A stretch of 63,053 nucleotides of DNA, filler included, from Reclinomonas americana ATCC 50394 (GCA_048213135.1; 17 parts of 14 records of this genome joined end to end with filler, not necessarily neighbours in it); one strand, 5' to 3'. Shown: positions 12,775 through 25,491, counted from the whole stretch's first letter. Notes: a model not told the origin generated them from the letters alone. Program-made: numbers and translations.

Positions 12775-13944
12775 ACCGCCAGTCACATACTTGTTCAGTT
12801 CATCCACTGGAATTCCCGCCTGCAAACACACCATGAGTCACCTCACCCCCTTCCCAGCCATTCCACCTCCCACATACCTGCCCCAACACCTGCGGGTGCA
12901 ACCGCTGCTCAATCATGGTGTGGTAAAAGGCGGTGAGGACGGCACGGCACGCCGCGTCGCCGAGCAGCGGGCAGTCGAAGGTGATTTCGCCGAATTTCTT
13001 GCGGTAGCGCATGACGCCGTTGACGCCGTGGCCGGGGTCGTGGCGGGAGAGGCCGGAGAGCATGTAGATGACGCGGTGCATTTCGGGGACGTCGCCGAGT
13101 TCGTCGTCGGTGAGGGGGAGGATTTGGAGGAAGTCGTCGAACCAGTTCTGAAGGGGGAAGGGGAGGTGAGGGGAGGAAAAGGGGAGGGCGAGGGAAGGGG
13201 AAGGGAGAGAGAGATTCATCCTGTGAACGAGAGAAACCCTGCCGAAAGAGGCAATCCAACACAGAAAACTGCTAGCGCTTGGAGGAGACCAACACTTTGC
13301 AGCGAAGAACACAATTACCGAATGACACAACGACATACATGAAGAGTGCAGGATGAGATTGGACACGGTGCAGTGTAAGGAAGATTCCAGGTGCACAATG
13401 CCTCGTCTCTTTTCTTCGTGCTCTTGTCTCGCTTCTTGGTCTGAGAGCCATCAAGCAGAACGAAAACTGGAGAGGAAATCCGAGTTGGAATTCCTGCTCA
13501 TCCTCATGCATTTCCTCGTATTGCTGGACAAGAAAGAAGCAAGCAGCCGAATGACAACATAAAAAGGGTAGTGAACGAAGGAAGAGGTGGTGGAAAGATT
13601 GAAGTGGGAAGGTGGTTGAGGAAGGGGGAATTCTGACTGCTGAATCCTCTCTTTCTGGCCTTTCTCCTCGTGAGTCCCTCTCACTGCTCAGTCTCTGCCC
13701 CATCCACGCCTCTGTGTAGAAGTGCGGTTGACAAAGGCGAAAAGACGACTTGGACGCACAATGACCCTCTTGCCTCTTCCATTGCCCCTCATCTCCTCTT
13801 CTGCCTGCCTGCCCCTTCCTCAAGCCTCCAACTCGCCTCTCGAGAGAAAGCGAACGATATTTTCTACCGGAGAAACTCACCGTGACAGTCTTATCGTCGT
13901 GTTTCACCGCCCAAAACCTGGGCGGAATCGGATACTCGGCTCCC
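12775..13944 (-). CDS. Hypothetical multi-exon protein, partial
   Basis: GC-rich exon 13147-12878 (NWFDDFLQILPLTDDELGDVPEMHRVIYML...) with ag/gt borders, plus small exons near 13944-13881 and 12819-12776. No family recognised. Confidence 0.45.
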
Positions 13945-14863
13945 TGCACACACAAACACACAAAGGCACACAAAGGCACACAAAGTGAGTGACTTGAGGG
14001 CCAAAAGCGAGCGCGCAAATGTATTGCTGCTGTTATTGTCAGGCGCAAACAATGCATCATTCTCACACTCACTCTCACACACTAGATACACACAAAGAGA
14101 GACAGCGAGGCGAGTAAAACACCAGTAAACGCGCATGCAAACAGCAGACAAGTCGAATTGCATATTGCACACGAGGAAAAAACAAGACGTAGAAAGGAGT
14201 GGGAAAGTGTGTGCATGAGAGAGAGAGAGAGAGCAAGGCCAGGCAGTTCGTGTGAGTGTGCGTGCAAGTGAGAGGCAGCATGTGTGGGTGACAGAGTAAG
14301 AGAGTGACAGCTCGTGAAGAGCAGAGCAACACACATACAAACGCGCACACAAAGAGAGAAAGAAGACAAGGAGGCAGAGGGTGACACTTGCAGAGAGAGC
14401 CTCAGAAGGAGAAGGCACACATTCAAACATAGGAGTAATGTGCGTGTGTGTGAGAGCGAGAGAAGACAAGAAGGCAGAGGGCGACACAGAGACTCAGAGG
14501 GGAAGACAACACGAGAGACAAGAAGTGACACACGCACACGCGCCTCTCTCTCACACACACACTTGCACACTGTCACAAACAACTTGCACACAGATAACGC
14601 AAGACAAGAAGAGTGAGGAAGCTTGCATTCAGACACACTGTCTCTCTCTCTTCTCTCTCTCTCTTATACAAACACAAACGAGAGACAGAGAGAGAGGGAA
14701 CACAACAAGAGTCTTGCAGTGAGAGAGAGAGAGAGACACACACAGAGAGAGAAGACACACAGACACACACTCTTGCACACACATAACACAAGACAAGAAG
14801 AGACAAGAACTAGTTGCAGTCAGACACACAGTTGCCTCTCTCTTCTCTCTTATACACACACAC

Positions 14864-14907
<44 letters not shown>

Positions 14908-15086
14908 GAACAACAACGACGACNNNNNNNNNNNNNNNNNNNNNNNNNNNNNNNNNNNNNNNNNNNNTTAATTAATTAANNNNNNNNNNNNNNNNNNNNN
15001 NNNNNNNNNNNNNNNNNNNNNNNAGTGAGTGAGAGAGAGAGAGAGAGAAGGAGAGAGAGGGAGAGGGAGAGAGAGAGAGACAGAGA

Positions 15087-15450
15087 GTGCAAGTGTCAAT
15101 GTGCAAGTGTGTGCAAGTGTGTGCAAGTGTATGCAAGTGTATGCAAGAGTGTGCAAGTGTGTGTGCAAGTGTGTGTGCAAGTGTGTGCAAGTGTGAGAGA
15201 AAGAGAGAGAGAAAGAGAGAGACAGAGAGTGCAAGTACAATGTGCAAGTGTGTGCAGTGTGTGCAAGTGTGTGCAAGTGTGCATGTGTGTGTGTGCAAGT
15301 GTGTGTGTGCAAGTGTGAGAGAAAGAGAGAGAAAGAGAGAGAGTGCAAGAGTGTGTGCAAGTGTGTGTGAGAGAGAGAGAGAGAGTGCAAGTGTACTATG
15401 TTCATGTGCAAGTGTGTGCAAGTGTGTGCAAGTGTGTGCAAGTGTGTGAA
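15087..15450 (+). repeat. 10-bp minisatellite (TGCAAGTGTG)n mixed with (GA)n and (TG)n
   Basis: Direct inspection. Confidence 0.9.
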
Positions 15451-15719
15451 AATGTGTGAAAGTGTGTGTGTGTGTGTGTGTGTGTGCACGTGGTGTGTGC
15501 GCACCTGGGAGGTGAAGAACTTGGTTGTCCTGTCTGTGTGGAATGCGACTTGGGATCCGGCAAGTGTGAGATGGCCCTGGTTTTGGTTTGCTGCGATGGG
15601 AGGTGAGTTTTGTGTGTGCGTGTGTGAGCGTGGTTGCTGCGATCGGAGCGTTGCAACTGAATTTGAAGTTTTTCATTGTGTGCTGCAGCTGATTCCTGCT
15701 CGGGATTGCTTTGTGTGCG

Positions 15720-15770
<51 letters not shown>

Positions 15771-16074
15771 TGTGTGTGCGTCTCAATGTTGGTCTGTGCG
15801 TTGCGCTGGATCGTTGTGCGATGCAGACAATTGTCGACGTCGCGACTTCCGACGTTCATCGGTCTTTGGTGTGAGACAGAGGGAAGCTGCGGGAGGTGGC
15901 GAGCGTCTGCGTATGCAGGCATGCAGGGTGGATCGTCTCTCATCGACTTCGTTTCTCACTCTCGTCCGCCATGAAACAGGACACGCGGAAGAAAAGCTGG
16001 CCAAAGCTGCAGTGTTCTGTGTGTGCGTGTGTGTCTGTGTGCGAGTGTCCCTGCTGGATACCGGGTTGAGAAGA

Positions 16075-19000
16075 ATGAGGTGTGCTTGCGCGTGTCTTCT
16101 GATGTTGCCAGAAGGCGCACTCACTCTCTCGTTGTTTGTTCTTTTGGTTGAACTGGCAGTCAGCAGCAGAGAAAGAAAGCACACGAGATGGGGCTGAGTG
16201 GCGATGTGAAGGCACTGCGCGAGTTGGTGGCGCGTGAGGGCGCACAGACTCTGCTGCAGAGAGAGGAGATGAGTGATGGTGGCTACTCGCCATTTTACAG
16301 CGCCGCTTCCCGTGGCCATCTCTCTGTGTTGGAGTATTTGTGGGAGGAGAGTGGCGTCGGACCACAACTCGCACAAGTGGTCGCCGACTCTGGCGTGACG
16401 CCACTGACGGCGGCTGCCGCGAATGGACATTTGCAAGTGGTGGAGTGGTTGCTGGCCGATGAGCGACGATGTTCGATGGAGATGGTGAGGGCGGTCGACA
16501 AGTACGGTGATACTGCGCTGCATTATGCTGCCGCGGAAGGCCGCGAGGCCATTGTGCGACTCCTCGCCACTCGCTTCCCCGATCTGATTTCCATGGTCGA
16601 CAAGAGGGGCAAGACGGCGGCTCATTTGGCACGGGCGCGGGGCAAGCAGCAAGTGGTCGAGTTGCTCGATCGCCTCGCTGCGCAGTCAGCACCGCCGAGT
16701 CAACAACAACAAGAACAACAACAACAACAACAACAAGAACAACAAAAACAAGAACAACAGGCGCGATCTCCCCCACCTCCTCCACCTGCAGGTTTTTTGG
16801 TTGCCCTGTTATTGTTCAGCTTGTGTTCTTTCTTCTCACACTGTTCCATGTGTGTGTCTGTGTGTATCGCCCTGCACAACGCGCAGTGCCAGCACGCCAG
16901 GTGAGGCTAACGCTGTTCGTGAGTGCATTCATCTCCTATCCTGCATTTAATTCTCCTTCTCCCTCGTGTCCAGGTGGTCGACGACGACACCGTGGCCCGT
17001 CAGGTTGCACAACTCCAGCGCGATCTCGCCGCAGCACAAGAGGAGCGTGATCAACAGCAGCGGGAATGGGACCGACAGCGACGAGGGCACGAGGACATTG
17101 TGGCCCAGCTGCAGCAAGCCAATGCTGAGCTGCAGCGTGGCAAGGTCGATGAGGAGCGCAAGAAAACCCAGCTGCAGCAGCAAGTCACTGAATGGCAACA
17201 AGCGCATGCCAGAGAACAACAGCAAGTGGTCCAACTACAGCAGACTGTCACGCAGTGGCAGCAAGCGCATGCTGAGGGACAGCGAGCGTTTGCCCAACTG
17301 CAAGCCGAGCGAGATCGAATCGCCTCCCAGTTGACTGTGGCTCTGCGCGACAAGGACGATCTCGCTGCTCAGCTGCAAGAAAAGGATCAACTCGTCTCCC
17401 AGCTTCGACAGGAACTCCTCCTCGCTCAAGGTCTGCATGCCTGTCTTCTCTTTCCTTGATCTCACCGTTTCTCACTCCCTTCCCTCTCATTCCACAGTAG
17501 ACACTGCCGTGCAGCGCTTCGAGTGGCCCGAGATCGTGCACGCCACGGACTCCTTCTCCCCACGCCTCAAGGTCGGCGAGGGCGGGCAGGGTGCCTTGCT
17601 TATCACTCTCCTCCGCGAGATGCACGTGGCCATCAAGGTGCTCGACCCCGCTGCACCGTGGACAATAGAGTCGTTCGAGAGTGAGGTCTGTGTCTCTTCC
17701 TCTTCTGATTTCTTCTCTCTCTCCCTTTCTCCTCATCCTTCTTCCCATCTTGCAGGTTGCCACCCTTGGTCGCTTGCGTGACCGTCGTATTGTGCCTCTC
17801 GTCGGCTACTCGGTGGGCGACGACAAGGCCCGCTGTCTCGTATACAAGGCCCTGCAGTGCGTTCTCCACTTTCCCTCCTTCTTCTCCGTCGTCGCCTCAC
17901 TGTGAGAAGCACACAGAGTTCCCAACCTGGAGGATCTCCTGCTACTGCCGCGCGCCGGTCGGGTACCACTTTCTGTCGCTCAGCGTGTGCAGATTGGTCT
18001 CGGACTGGCCGAGGCTGTGGCGTTCTTGCACAAGGTTTGCTGCATGAGAATAGTCTCCCGTTCTCTCTTTTTTCCTCTCTCCTTTAGCTCTCTGTTCTCT
18101 TTTCTCCTCGTCACTCTTTGTGCTGTTCTTGTCTCTCTCAAACCCTAATGTTCGCTTGTGCCGTTTCTTCGACAAGGTCCGCTGCGTTAGAATGATCTCC
18201 CTCTCAGTCATTCTTTTCTCAGCATGAGCCCCAGTTTCTCTATTCTCCTCGACACTCTTTCGTGCTCATCTTGTCTCGCAAACTCTCATGCTTTCCGCTC
18301 CATTTCTTTCACAAGGTCTGCTGTGGGAGAATGATCTCCCTCCCAGTCATTCTTTTCTAAGCATGAGCCCCAGTTTCTCTATTCTCCCTGACACTCTTGC
18401 GTGCTCATCTTGTCCCGCAAACCCTCATGTTCTCTGCTTCACTTCTTTCACAAGGTCCGCTGCGCGAAATCTACATCCCTCTCAGTCCTCCTTGCACTCT
18501 GCTTCTCTCGTGTCACTCCCTGTGACTCTTCCATTATTTTTGTCTCTCGCGAACACTCATGTTTTCTGCTCCACTTCTTGTACAAGGGCCGCTGCATGAG
18601 AACCTTTTTCTCTGCCTTCTTTGCTCACTTCTTCTCTCGTGCCTCTCCATGTGACTCTTTCGTTGTCCTTGTCGCTGGCAGTCTCTCGTTTTCACTGCGC
18701 ATGCTGCGCAACTTTAGTTCACTGACCACATGAGTGGCAGCCAGCGATCGCGAACGAGCCTCGTGCTCTTTGTCACGCTCCACCCACTCTCCGTCTCTCT
18801 CGCTCTCGCTCTCACTTGCATTCTCTCTCTCAAGCTCTTTTCTCTCACCTTCTTTCACGCTCTTTCAACATGATCCTCGTCAAGTGTTCTGCTCTCCTCT
18901 CTCGTTTCTTTCCATCCTATCCAATCATTCAATCTCCTTTCTCCGTCAGCCTTGTTTCCACGCGCAGCACGCCTCGTCACTTGTCGTGCTCTTCGTTGTT

Positions 19001-19569
19001 GATCCTTGGTTCACTTTTTTTCCCCCTTCTATCCACTCACCAGAATGATGTGGTGCATCGCGACATCAAGCCCGCCAACGTGCTCATCGATCACCGCTTC
19101 GAGGCATGCCTCGGTGACTTTGGCATCGCGCGGTCGATTGCCAGTGGCAAGGTCGGTTCTTCTTCGTTTTCTCTCACGCCCTCTCTTTCTCATCCTCCCT
19201 CGTCTCTTCCAGTCAACCACCGTCGCTGACACGCTTGATTACATGGATCCACTGGCCCTCCGCGCCCGACGTCCACTGCCCAAGCACGACGTGTACAGTA
19301 TGGGCGTGGTGCTGGTGCAGCTGGTCACCGGCAAGCCGGTGGTAACAGTGGGCGAGTGGTCTCTGGAATGGGACGAGTCGCCGGCTTCACTGCGCGTCTT
19401 GGAGCTGGTGGATGGTGGCGTGGAGTGGACGCCGCGCATCGCGGAGCCCATGTTCGAGCTCGGCATGCAGTGCATGAGTGTGCGACGAGACAGACCGACT
19501 GCGCAGGAGGTGCTGGAGAGGATGCGGGCCATTCGTGAGGCGTGTGGGCAGTTTACGTTGGGGTTGTGA
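16075..19569 (+). CDS. Ankyrin-repeat / coiled-coil / Pelle-IRAK-RLK-type kinase, copy 2 (inverted paralogue of 1086-4360)
   Basis: Same exon layout as copy 1: ATG AG|gt at 16075, ANK exon 16160-16791, coiled coil ~16974-17430, kinase exons ~17500-17685, 17756-17857, 17917-18034, 19044-19151 (HRDIKPANVLID, DFG) and 19213-19569. Confidence 0.9.
18025..18605 (+). repeat. ~140-bp degenerate tandem repeat (5 units) starting at the HK|gt splice donor
   Basis: CAAGG..(C/T)GCTG motif at ~18031, 18173, 18313, 18451 and 18583. Confidence 0.75.
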
Positions 19570-19898
19570 GTGAAAGGAGGTGAAGGAGGGTCGTATGCGT
19601 TTAGTGAGCGAGCTCGAAGGCGGACGCTGACGTCGCGTCCCCCCAATAGAACACACAAACGCACAAAACAAACACAAGAGAGTGGTGAGTGTGGGGTGTG
19701 TGCGTGTGTGTTTGTATGTGCGTGTGTGTGTGCGAGAGAAAGATAGAGAGAGACAGAGACCTTTCAGATAGAACTGCGCTGCGTTGAATGGCGCAAGTCT
19801 GGCAGTGATCGCTTACTGACTTCATGGTTCTTGTCTAGCTTTCTGTGGCAACAACACTGGCGTGCTCAGCACCTCATTGAATGTCATCTCCATTTCTC

Positions 19899-22800
19899 AT
19901 GTCTGGCAAGCTGGGCAAGAGAGTTTCCCTGGATGGTCTGGCTGCATCGGCTGCGCTATCCAGCGCTGGAACTTACCCGCCATTGCGCGCTAGCGCTGCT
20001 ACCATGCACCGTCGAGCCTCCCGTTTCGCGCCGGCGTCTGGCGCCGTGGCAAGCGACTCTACGCGTACGGTGGCGATTCTGCCACGTGTTGACTCTGCCG
20101 CCGCGCATTGCTCGGCAGAGAAAGAAGCACTTGCCAGCACTGTGCGTGGCGACGTGTTGAGATCAAGCACGGAAGTGATACGGCTCAGTAGCGAGGCTCA
20201 AACACAACGCGAAAAGAGTGGGTCTGTCAGTCTAAGCGTTCGTACGTTGGCGGGCTCACCCACTCGATCATTTGCCTGGAGCAAAAATCCACACGGCCGT
20301 GCAACAGTCAATCGAGAGAGGTATGTTGAGGTTGTGCTTGTTGCTCTTGTGGGTCAAGACGTTCCTCACGCACAAACGATCGTTGGTTTCGAATGGACGG
20401 CGTGCTTCCGGATACCAGTGCTTGTAAGCAACAGAGTCGAAAAGTGTGGGAGATGGCGAAGGATGGCGATGTGGACCCATCGCGCGAGCCGACGGCGCGT
20501 GAGGGCCCACGCACTCTGCTGGTGAGAGAGGAGATGCTCACGGAAAACTCGGCAGGCCAGATTGCGGCCGGACAAGGGCTCCCCCTAGTCTTGACGGTGG
20601 AGTGCGGAGCCGGACCACATTTCGAGCTCGCAAGTATGGCCGATGACTATGGATGGACACCACTGATGAAGGCTGCCGCTTGCGGGCAGCTGCAAATGAT
20701 AGAGTGGCTGCTTGCAGATGAGTGGCGGTTTCCGCCGGAAAAGGTGCGGGCAGTCACAAATGACCGTGACGCAAATCCACAGTGCACTGCACTTCATTTC
20801 GCTGCTATGAGTGGCCATGAAGGCATTGTGAGACTCCTTGCATCTCGCTTTCCCGACCTCATTCCGATGGTCAACAAGGCTGGCAAGACGGCGGCTCAGC
20901 GTGCACGCGACAATGGCATGCACAGCGCGGCGAAGGTGTTGGAGCACCTCGCGTCGCAGCATCCATCACCACGCCTTTCTCAGCAACAACTACAGCAATC
21001 CCCGCAGTCATCTCTTCGAGTTTCGCAGCCTGTGCGAATATCAGGTGCGATAGTTAACGCTTGAGTTGTTGTTCTCCGTATTCGATTTCCAATTGCTTAT
21101 GTTTGTCGCTCTGAACTAGCAGAGTTTGCTTGTCAAGTGAGCGAGGTACGCATTTCTCTCCGAGCATCGATGAACGTGTTTGCTTCTTCAGCATTATTCT
21201 TACATAAGATGCGCATTACATTCCCATGTACTTGCGATATCCGTTGCCATCATTGCAGATCGTTGACATGTCTGCAGCGCGTCAGCTCGCCGAGAAGGAC
21301 GCAATCATTGCCCGACTCCACGGCGAACTTGCGGCAGCGCAGCAGGAGCGAGAGCAGCAGCAGCAACAGTTGGACCTGCAACGACTTGAGCACGCGGATA
21401 TTGTTGCAGAATTGCAGCGGGCAGTCACGGAGCACGATCAACTGATGGAGGATGAAAGACAGCGTGCCTCTCATGTGCAATGTGAGCTGGATTGTGCTGC
21501 AGTCCAGCTTGCTGTGGCCCTGTGTGAGAGAGACGCCATGGCCGATCGCATAAGTATGTTGCAACAGCACCTGCAAGGGAGAGACGCCGTTCAAGGTTTG
21601 CGTTTTCTTTATCGACTGTTTTCTCTCTCTTCTACGCCAATTTCTATTATTGCAGAGTGGTTTTGTAGTCGGTTTGTAGAGAAAGACTTATTATGTGATT
21701 GCTTTTGCTCATTGCACGCACCAACGCAGTCGACCTCGCCGCTGAGCACGACAGGCCTGCCGTGGTACTCAGTGCATTGCAGTCCGCAGTCGGTGACAAA
21801 CCGGCGGAACGTCAGTCGCTTGCAGCAGTACTCGCTGCTGACAAGGAAATTGTAGCACTCTTTGCTAATCATCAGCAGATCAGTGCAGACTTGCTCACTG
21901 TTCGTGATCGGTGTGTCGCTGAGGAGGATGCTGCGGAGCTTAATCAAGTCAGACTTGAGTTGGCAACTACCATCGCCGACCGTGATCGACTCCGACAAGA
22001 ATTGGCTGAATCGAAGCGTTCCGCATTCACTGTAGCTGCCGATTGCAGCAGTCTGCGTGCGCAGCTTCTGGCAGCCACCGCAGAACGCAGCCAGTTGCGA
22101 CACAGGGTCAGCAGGTTGGAAGGCGAGCTTCGCGCTCTGTTTCATATGGACTTTCTCAGGTCTCTCGTACGTTGCTTCGCTGTTTTCCCTACGTGCTGAT
22201 GTTACTCATCGTTGATAACTGGTGTTCAGTGACCGGCGTCAAATTTTGATGCTGACCGAAGTGGTTCACGAGATTATTCCGCTCGCTCTCGGCTCCCTGC
22301 TGCAACTGCTTGTCGCTAATTTCTTCCCTGACGAATTTCGCATTGAGCAACTGTGCCTCCCTGCTCCGCCGCCGAGGTGCGTGATTGTACTCTCTTCTGA
22401 TTTTGTTTGTTTAGTCTTCATCGGATCATAAATCTTTCTATTACGCGCGTATCAGATATTGTCGAATGTCGCTGGATAAGCGAGGAAACATTCGCATGCG
22501 ATCCGCGGAGCTGTATCCTTCCAACTATGAAGCAGTCTGCAAGTTCAAGCGGAGTGGAGAGACGACGAAGATGGACGTGTCGCTCCTCAGTACTCTACTG
22601 TTGCACGCAAGCTTCGTTTCCGCCGTCGCTTGTCGTGACGTAGATCTTCTCGAGAGCCGCGTGCGCCTCGATCCTGTCACCCACAAAGATCGATTGGCTG
22701 TGCCACTGCTCGCTGAACCGGCGAAGGTAAGCATCGTCGATGAGTATTCATGATCGTGCAAGGAACCCACTCGCTCTCGTCGATGCAGATTCAAGCTGTC

Positions 22801-24441
22801 AAAAACTTGCGAGATGTGCGCCACCGTGTGTCTCATTTGGCCCGACTTTCCACACTCGAGGACACAGAATATGTGAGTGTCATGCGACTGGTTCGCGACT
22901 CGCTCCACACTCTCTTCCCCGACGGACATGAGAGTATCCACATGCTATTTCAAGCGTACAAGAGTTGTGAGACTTGTTCCACTTAATGTTATCATTCTTT
23001 GTTCTCACTTACCATTGATACAGACGTGAGCCGCATCAATGTTACGGCCGAGTTGGTGAAGGAAAGGGCCGCCAAATTTGCGATTTGTGCACCTGAAGTA
23101 CGCTTCTCTGATTTGTCAACTTCGAAGCGGCTGGCTATCGGTTCTATCGATTTTTTTAGTTCTGCATTTGCAAGCTGGTTCGGGTACTTACTTAATGATT
23201 TGTGTTATCCCGCAGGACAATATGCTGTTTCCAAAGCCGTGCTCCGTCTCGGTGGTGTGAAGCAGACTGTTGCATACAAGCAATACCTGCTGGTCTGTCA
23301 GAAAGATCGTGATTTGCAGTCGGCGGACTGGGCAATGGTCCGTCAGAGCTTCGACAGCGAATATTCTCTGCTGATGCAACTCGAGTTGCGCATGCGTGCT
23401 GATCTTGATCGTATATGTGCACTTGATCTTGAATGCTTACCGCCTTCGCTCATGTGCTTGTACACAGTCATCCGAACATCGTGAAATTGATGGCTGTGTG
23501 CAAAGACGACCCGCGTGGTCTCGGTCTCGTTCTTGAATTCGTCGGTCCGCAAGACGAGGATGGAGGAGACACAGAGACGCTGTACGACTTGGTGAGGAGC
23601 GATCGCGTTTCAGCCCAACACCTGCTCAGTCTGCTCGTGCAAGTGGCGTCGGCCGTGGCACATATGCACTCACGGCGAGTGGTGCATCGAGACCTAAACC
23701 CCCGAAGTTGCGTTCATATTTATCGCTGGCAACGCAGATGTGGTGCGGTACTTGAGGCGAGAGTGGATGACAGAATACCAGTCTGTAGTGGCAGTATACG
23801 TAGGGCAGGTTGTCCAGCTGTTCCGGTTGCAGCCGGTTATCTTACTGCTTATGAACAGGCATTCTCATGAGCGAGAACTTTCGTGTTGCAAAGGTCTGCG
23901 ATTTTGGTGAAGCCACGGTGCACGGCACTCTCGGTAAGATGCATTCGAAGCATGGCACGGTGGCGTACACTGCGCCGGAAGTCGTGCTGGATCAGGAGGT
24001 GCTGTGATAATTGTTCTTTTGTTGTGATCACAGAGTGGATTGGTTACAAAACACTCCCTTTGCCGTCCACAGTATGATGAAAGGGCAGATGTATACGGAC
24101 TCGGGTCCCTGCTTTGGTTCGCCGTCACTCGTCAGGAACCATTCAGCGGAGTTACGCAGCTCGAAATCCTACGCCACATGCAATCCGGCTTGTTGCCGGG
24201 TGACCTTGACTTTGAGGATGTACGTGCAACCGTACCAGAGGATATTCGCGGTTTAATTCGACAGTGCTGGGTTGCGTTCGAGTGAATTACTTTGTAAATT
24301 GGGGGAGATTTGCTCACTGTGACTGTGATGCAGAGGCCACAAGCAACACGCGTGTCGGCATCGTATGTGCACGATGAACTGAAGCGCATGTGTGAGGCTC
24401 CACCAGCTGGAGGGGCTGGAGCCGCCGGACCTTCGATGTGA
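19899..24441 (+). CDS. Ankyrin / coiled-coil / DZIP3-like HEPN / TKL-type (possibly pseudo)kinase protein
   Basis: Exon 1 19899-20320. ANK exon ~20419-21044. Coiled-coil exons ~21259-21595 and ~21730-22160. HEPN-like exons 22230-22375, 22457-22726 (MDVSLLSTLLLH) and 22790-22966 (VKNLRDVRHRVSH). Kinase exons 23025-24441 (VAYK, HPNIV, HRDLNPRS, DFG, GTVAYTAPE, DVYGLG, CW). Confidence 0.8.
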
Positions 24442-25110
24442 TAATCAGAGAAGAAATAATGACTGTCAATCCGCTGTAATAAAATGATATGCTGCAGATC
24501 GCAATACGCAAGACACGAGCCACTTGCACAATATCTTGTTTCTTTCGACAGAGTCACCAAAACGAAAGACAAAACACTTTATTCACCCCATTCCAATCAT
24601 GCGACGAATGATTAGTCACGCCATTACACTTCTCCAACAGTCATCTTCCGTTTCAGGAGAAAAAGCCAATCAAACCCGTGTTGACTTCAAAAGGATTTCG
24701 TAGCGCATACGGTGTCAGCGGCCTGTGCAGACGCTCAATCCGCGAAACGGCCGAACAATGTCAACCCCGTTATTCTCAGTCAAGATCGCACATAGTCTCC
24801 GCGTCTCGACGCAACGCTGGCGTCATAAGTAGAGTCGCAGGAACAAATAATCGTGATGGCCCTCTCCACTTCAGCGCAGTGTCCAAGCGCAAAGTCCAAT
24901 ATCCACCATGCGAGTATTTTCCGTCGTCTCCCGTCACCAATCAAGCAGTCCTTGCCGTCAGTCCGAGCGCAATCCAGTGGCCTCATCAAGAGTCCATGTC
25001 ATATCATCGCTCGTCAATCCTCTTCCTCCCTTTCCTCTTCCCTCTCCTCTCCTTCCTCCCCCTCCCCCCTCCCCCACCCCACACACTTCACCCCCTCCCT
25101 CCCCACATAC

Positions 25111-25491
25111 ACCTCCACCCACTCCCTCAACACCTCCACCTGCTCCACCCACCACTCCCTCCTCCTCCCCGAATGCACCTCCGCCGCCCTCACCACCACC
25201 GCATACGCATCAACCGCCCCCACACCCTCCCCACCCTTGCCGCCCAGTCCCACCGTCACCAACAACGAATGCAACGGCAACACCGGCACCTCGCACGTCC
25301 ACAAGCGCAGCGGCGCCGTCACACGCCAACCACGCCCGCGCAGAATAGAGGCGGCCACGGGCGCAGGCGGCGGGGGCATGCTCGGCACCTCACCCCGTCG
25401 CGCCAACTGCTGTTTCAGCGCGCGATATTGCGGTTGCGACATGCACTCCCGCAGTGATTTCCAGCGCTGGCGCAGGTCGGCGAACAGCGGC
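25111..25491 (-). CDS. Exon of a hypothetical protein, possibly a 3' exon of TEDC1 across the linker
   Basis: cag|CCGCTGTTC phase-0 acceptor is compatible with the phase-0 donor at 26531. GC-rich open frame ending at a gt donor. Confidence 0.45.

Noticed and set aside
15783..16785. Minus-strand ORFs overlapping the ANK exon (similar shadows lie over the NLR and TPR genes)
   Set aside because: Antisense shadows of GC-rich coding sequence with no independent motifs.
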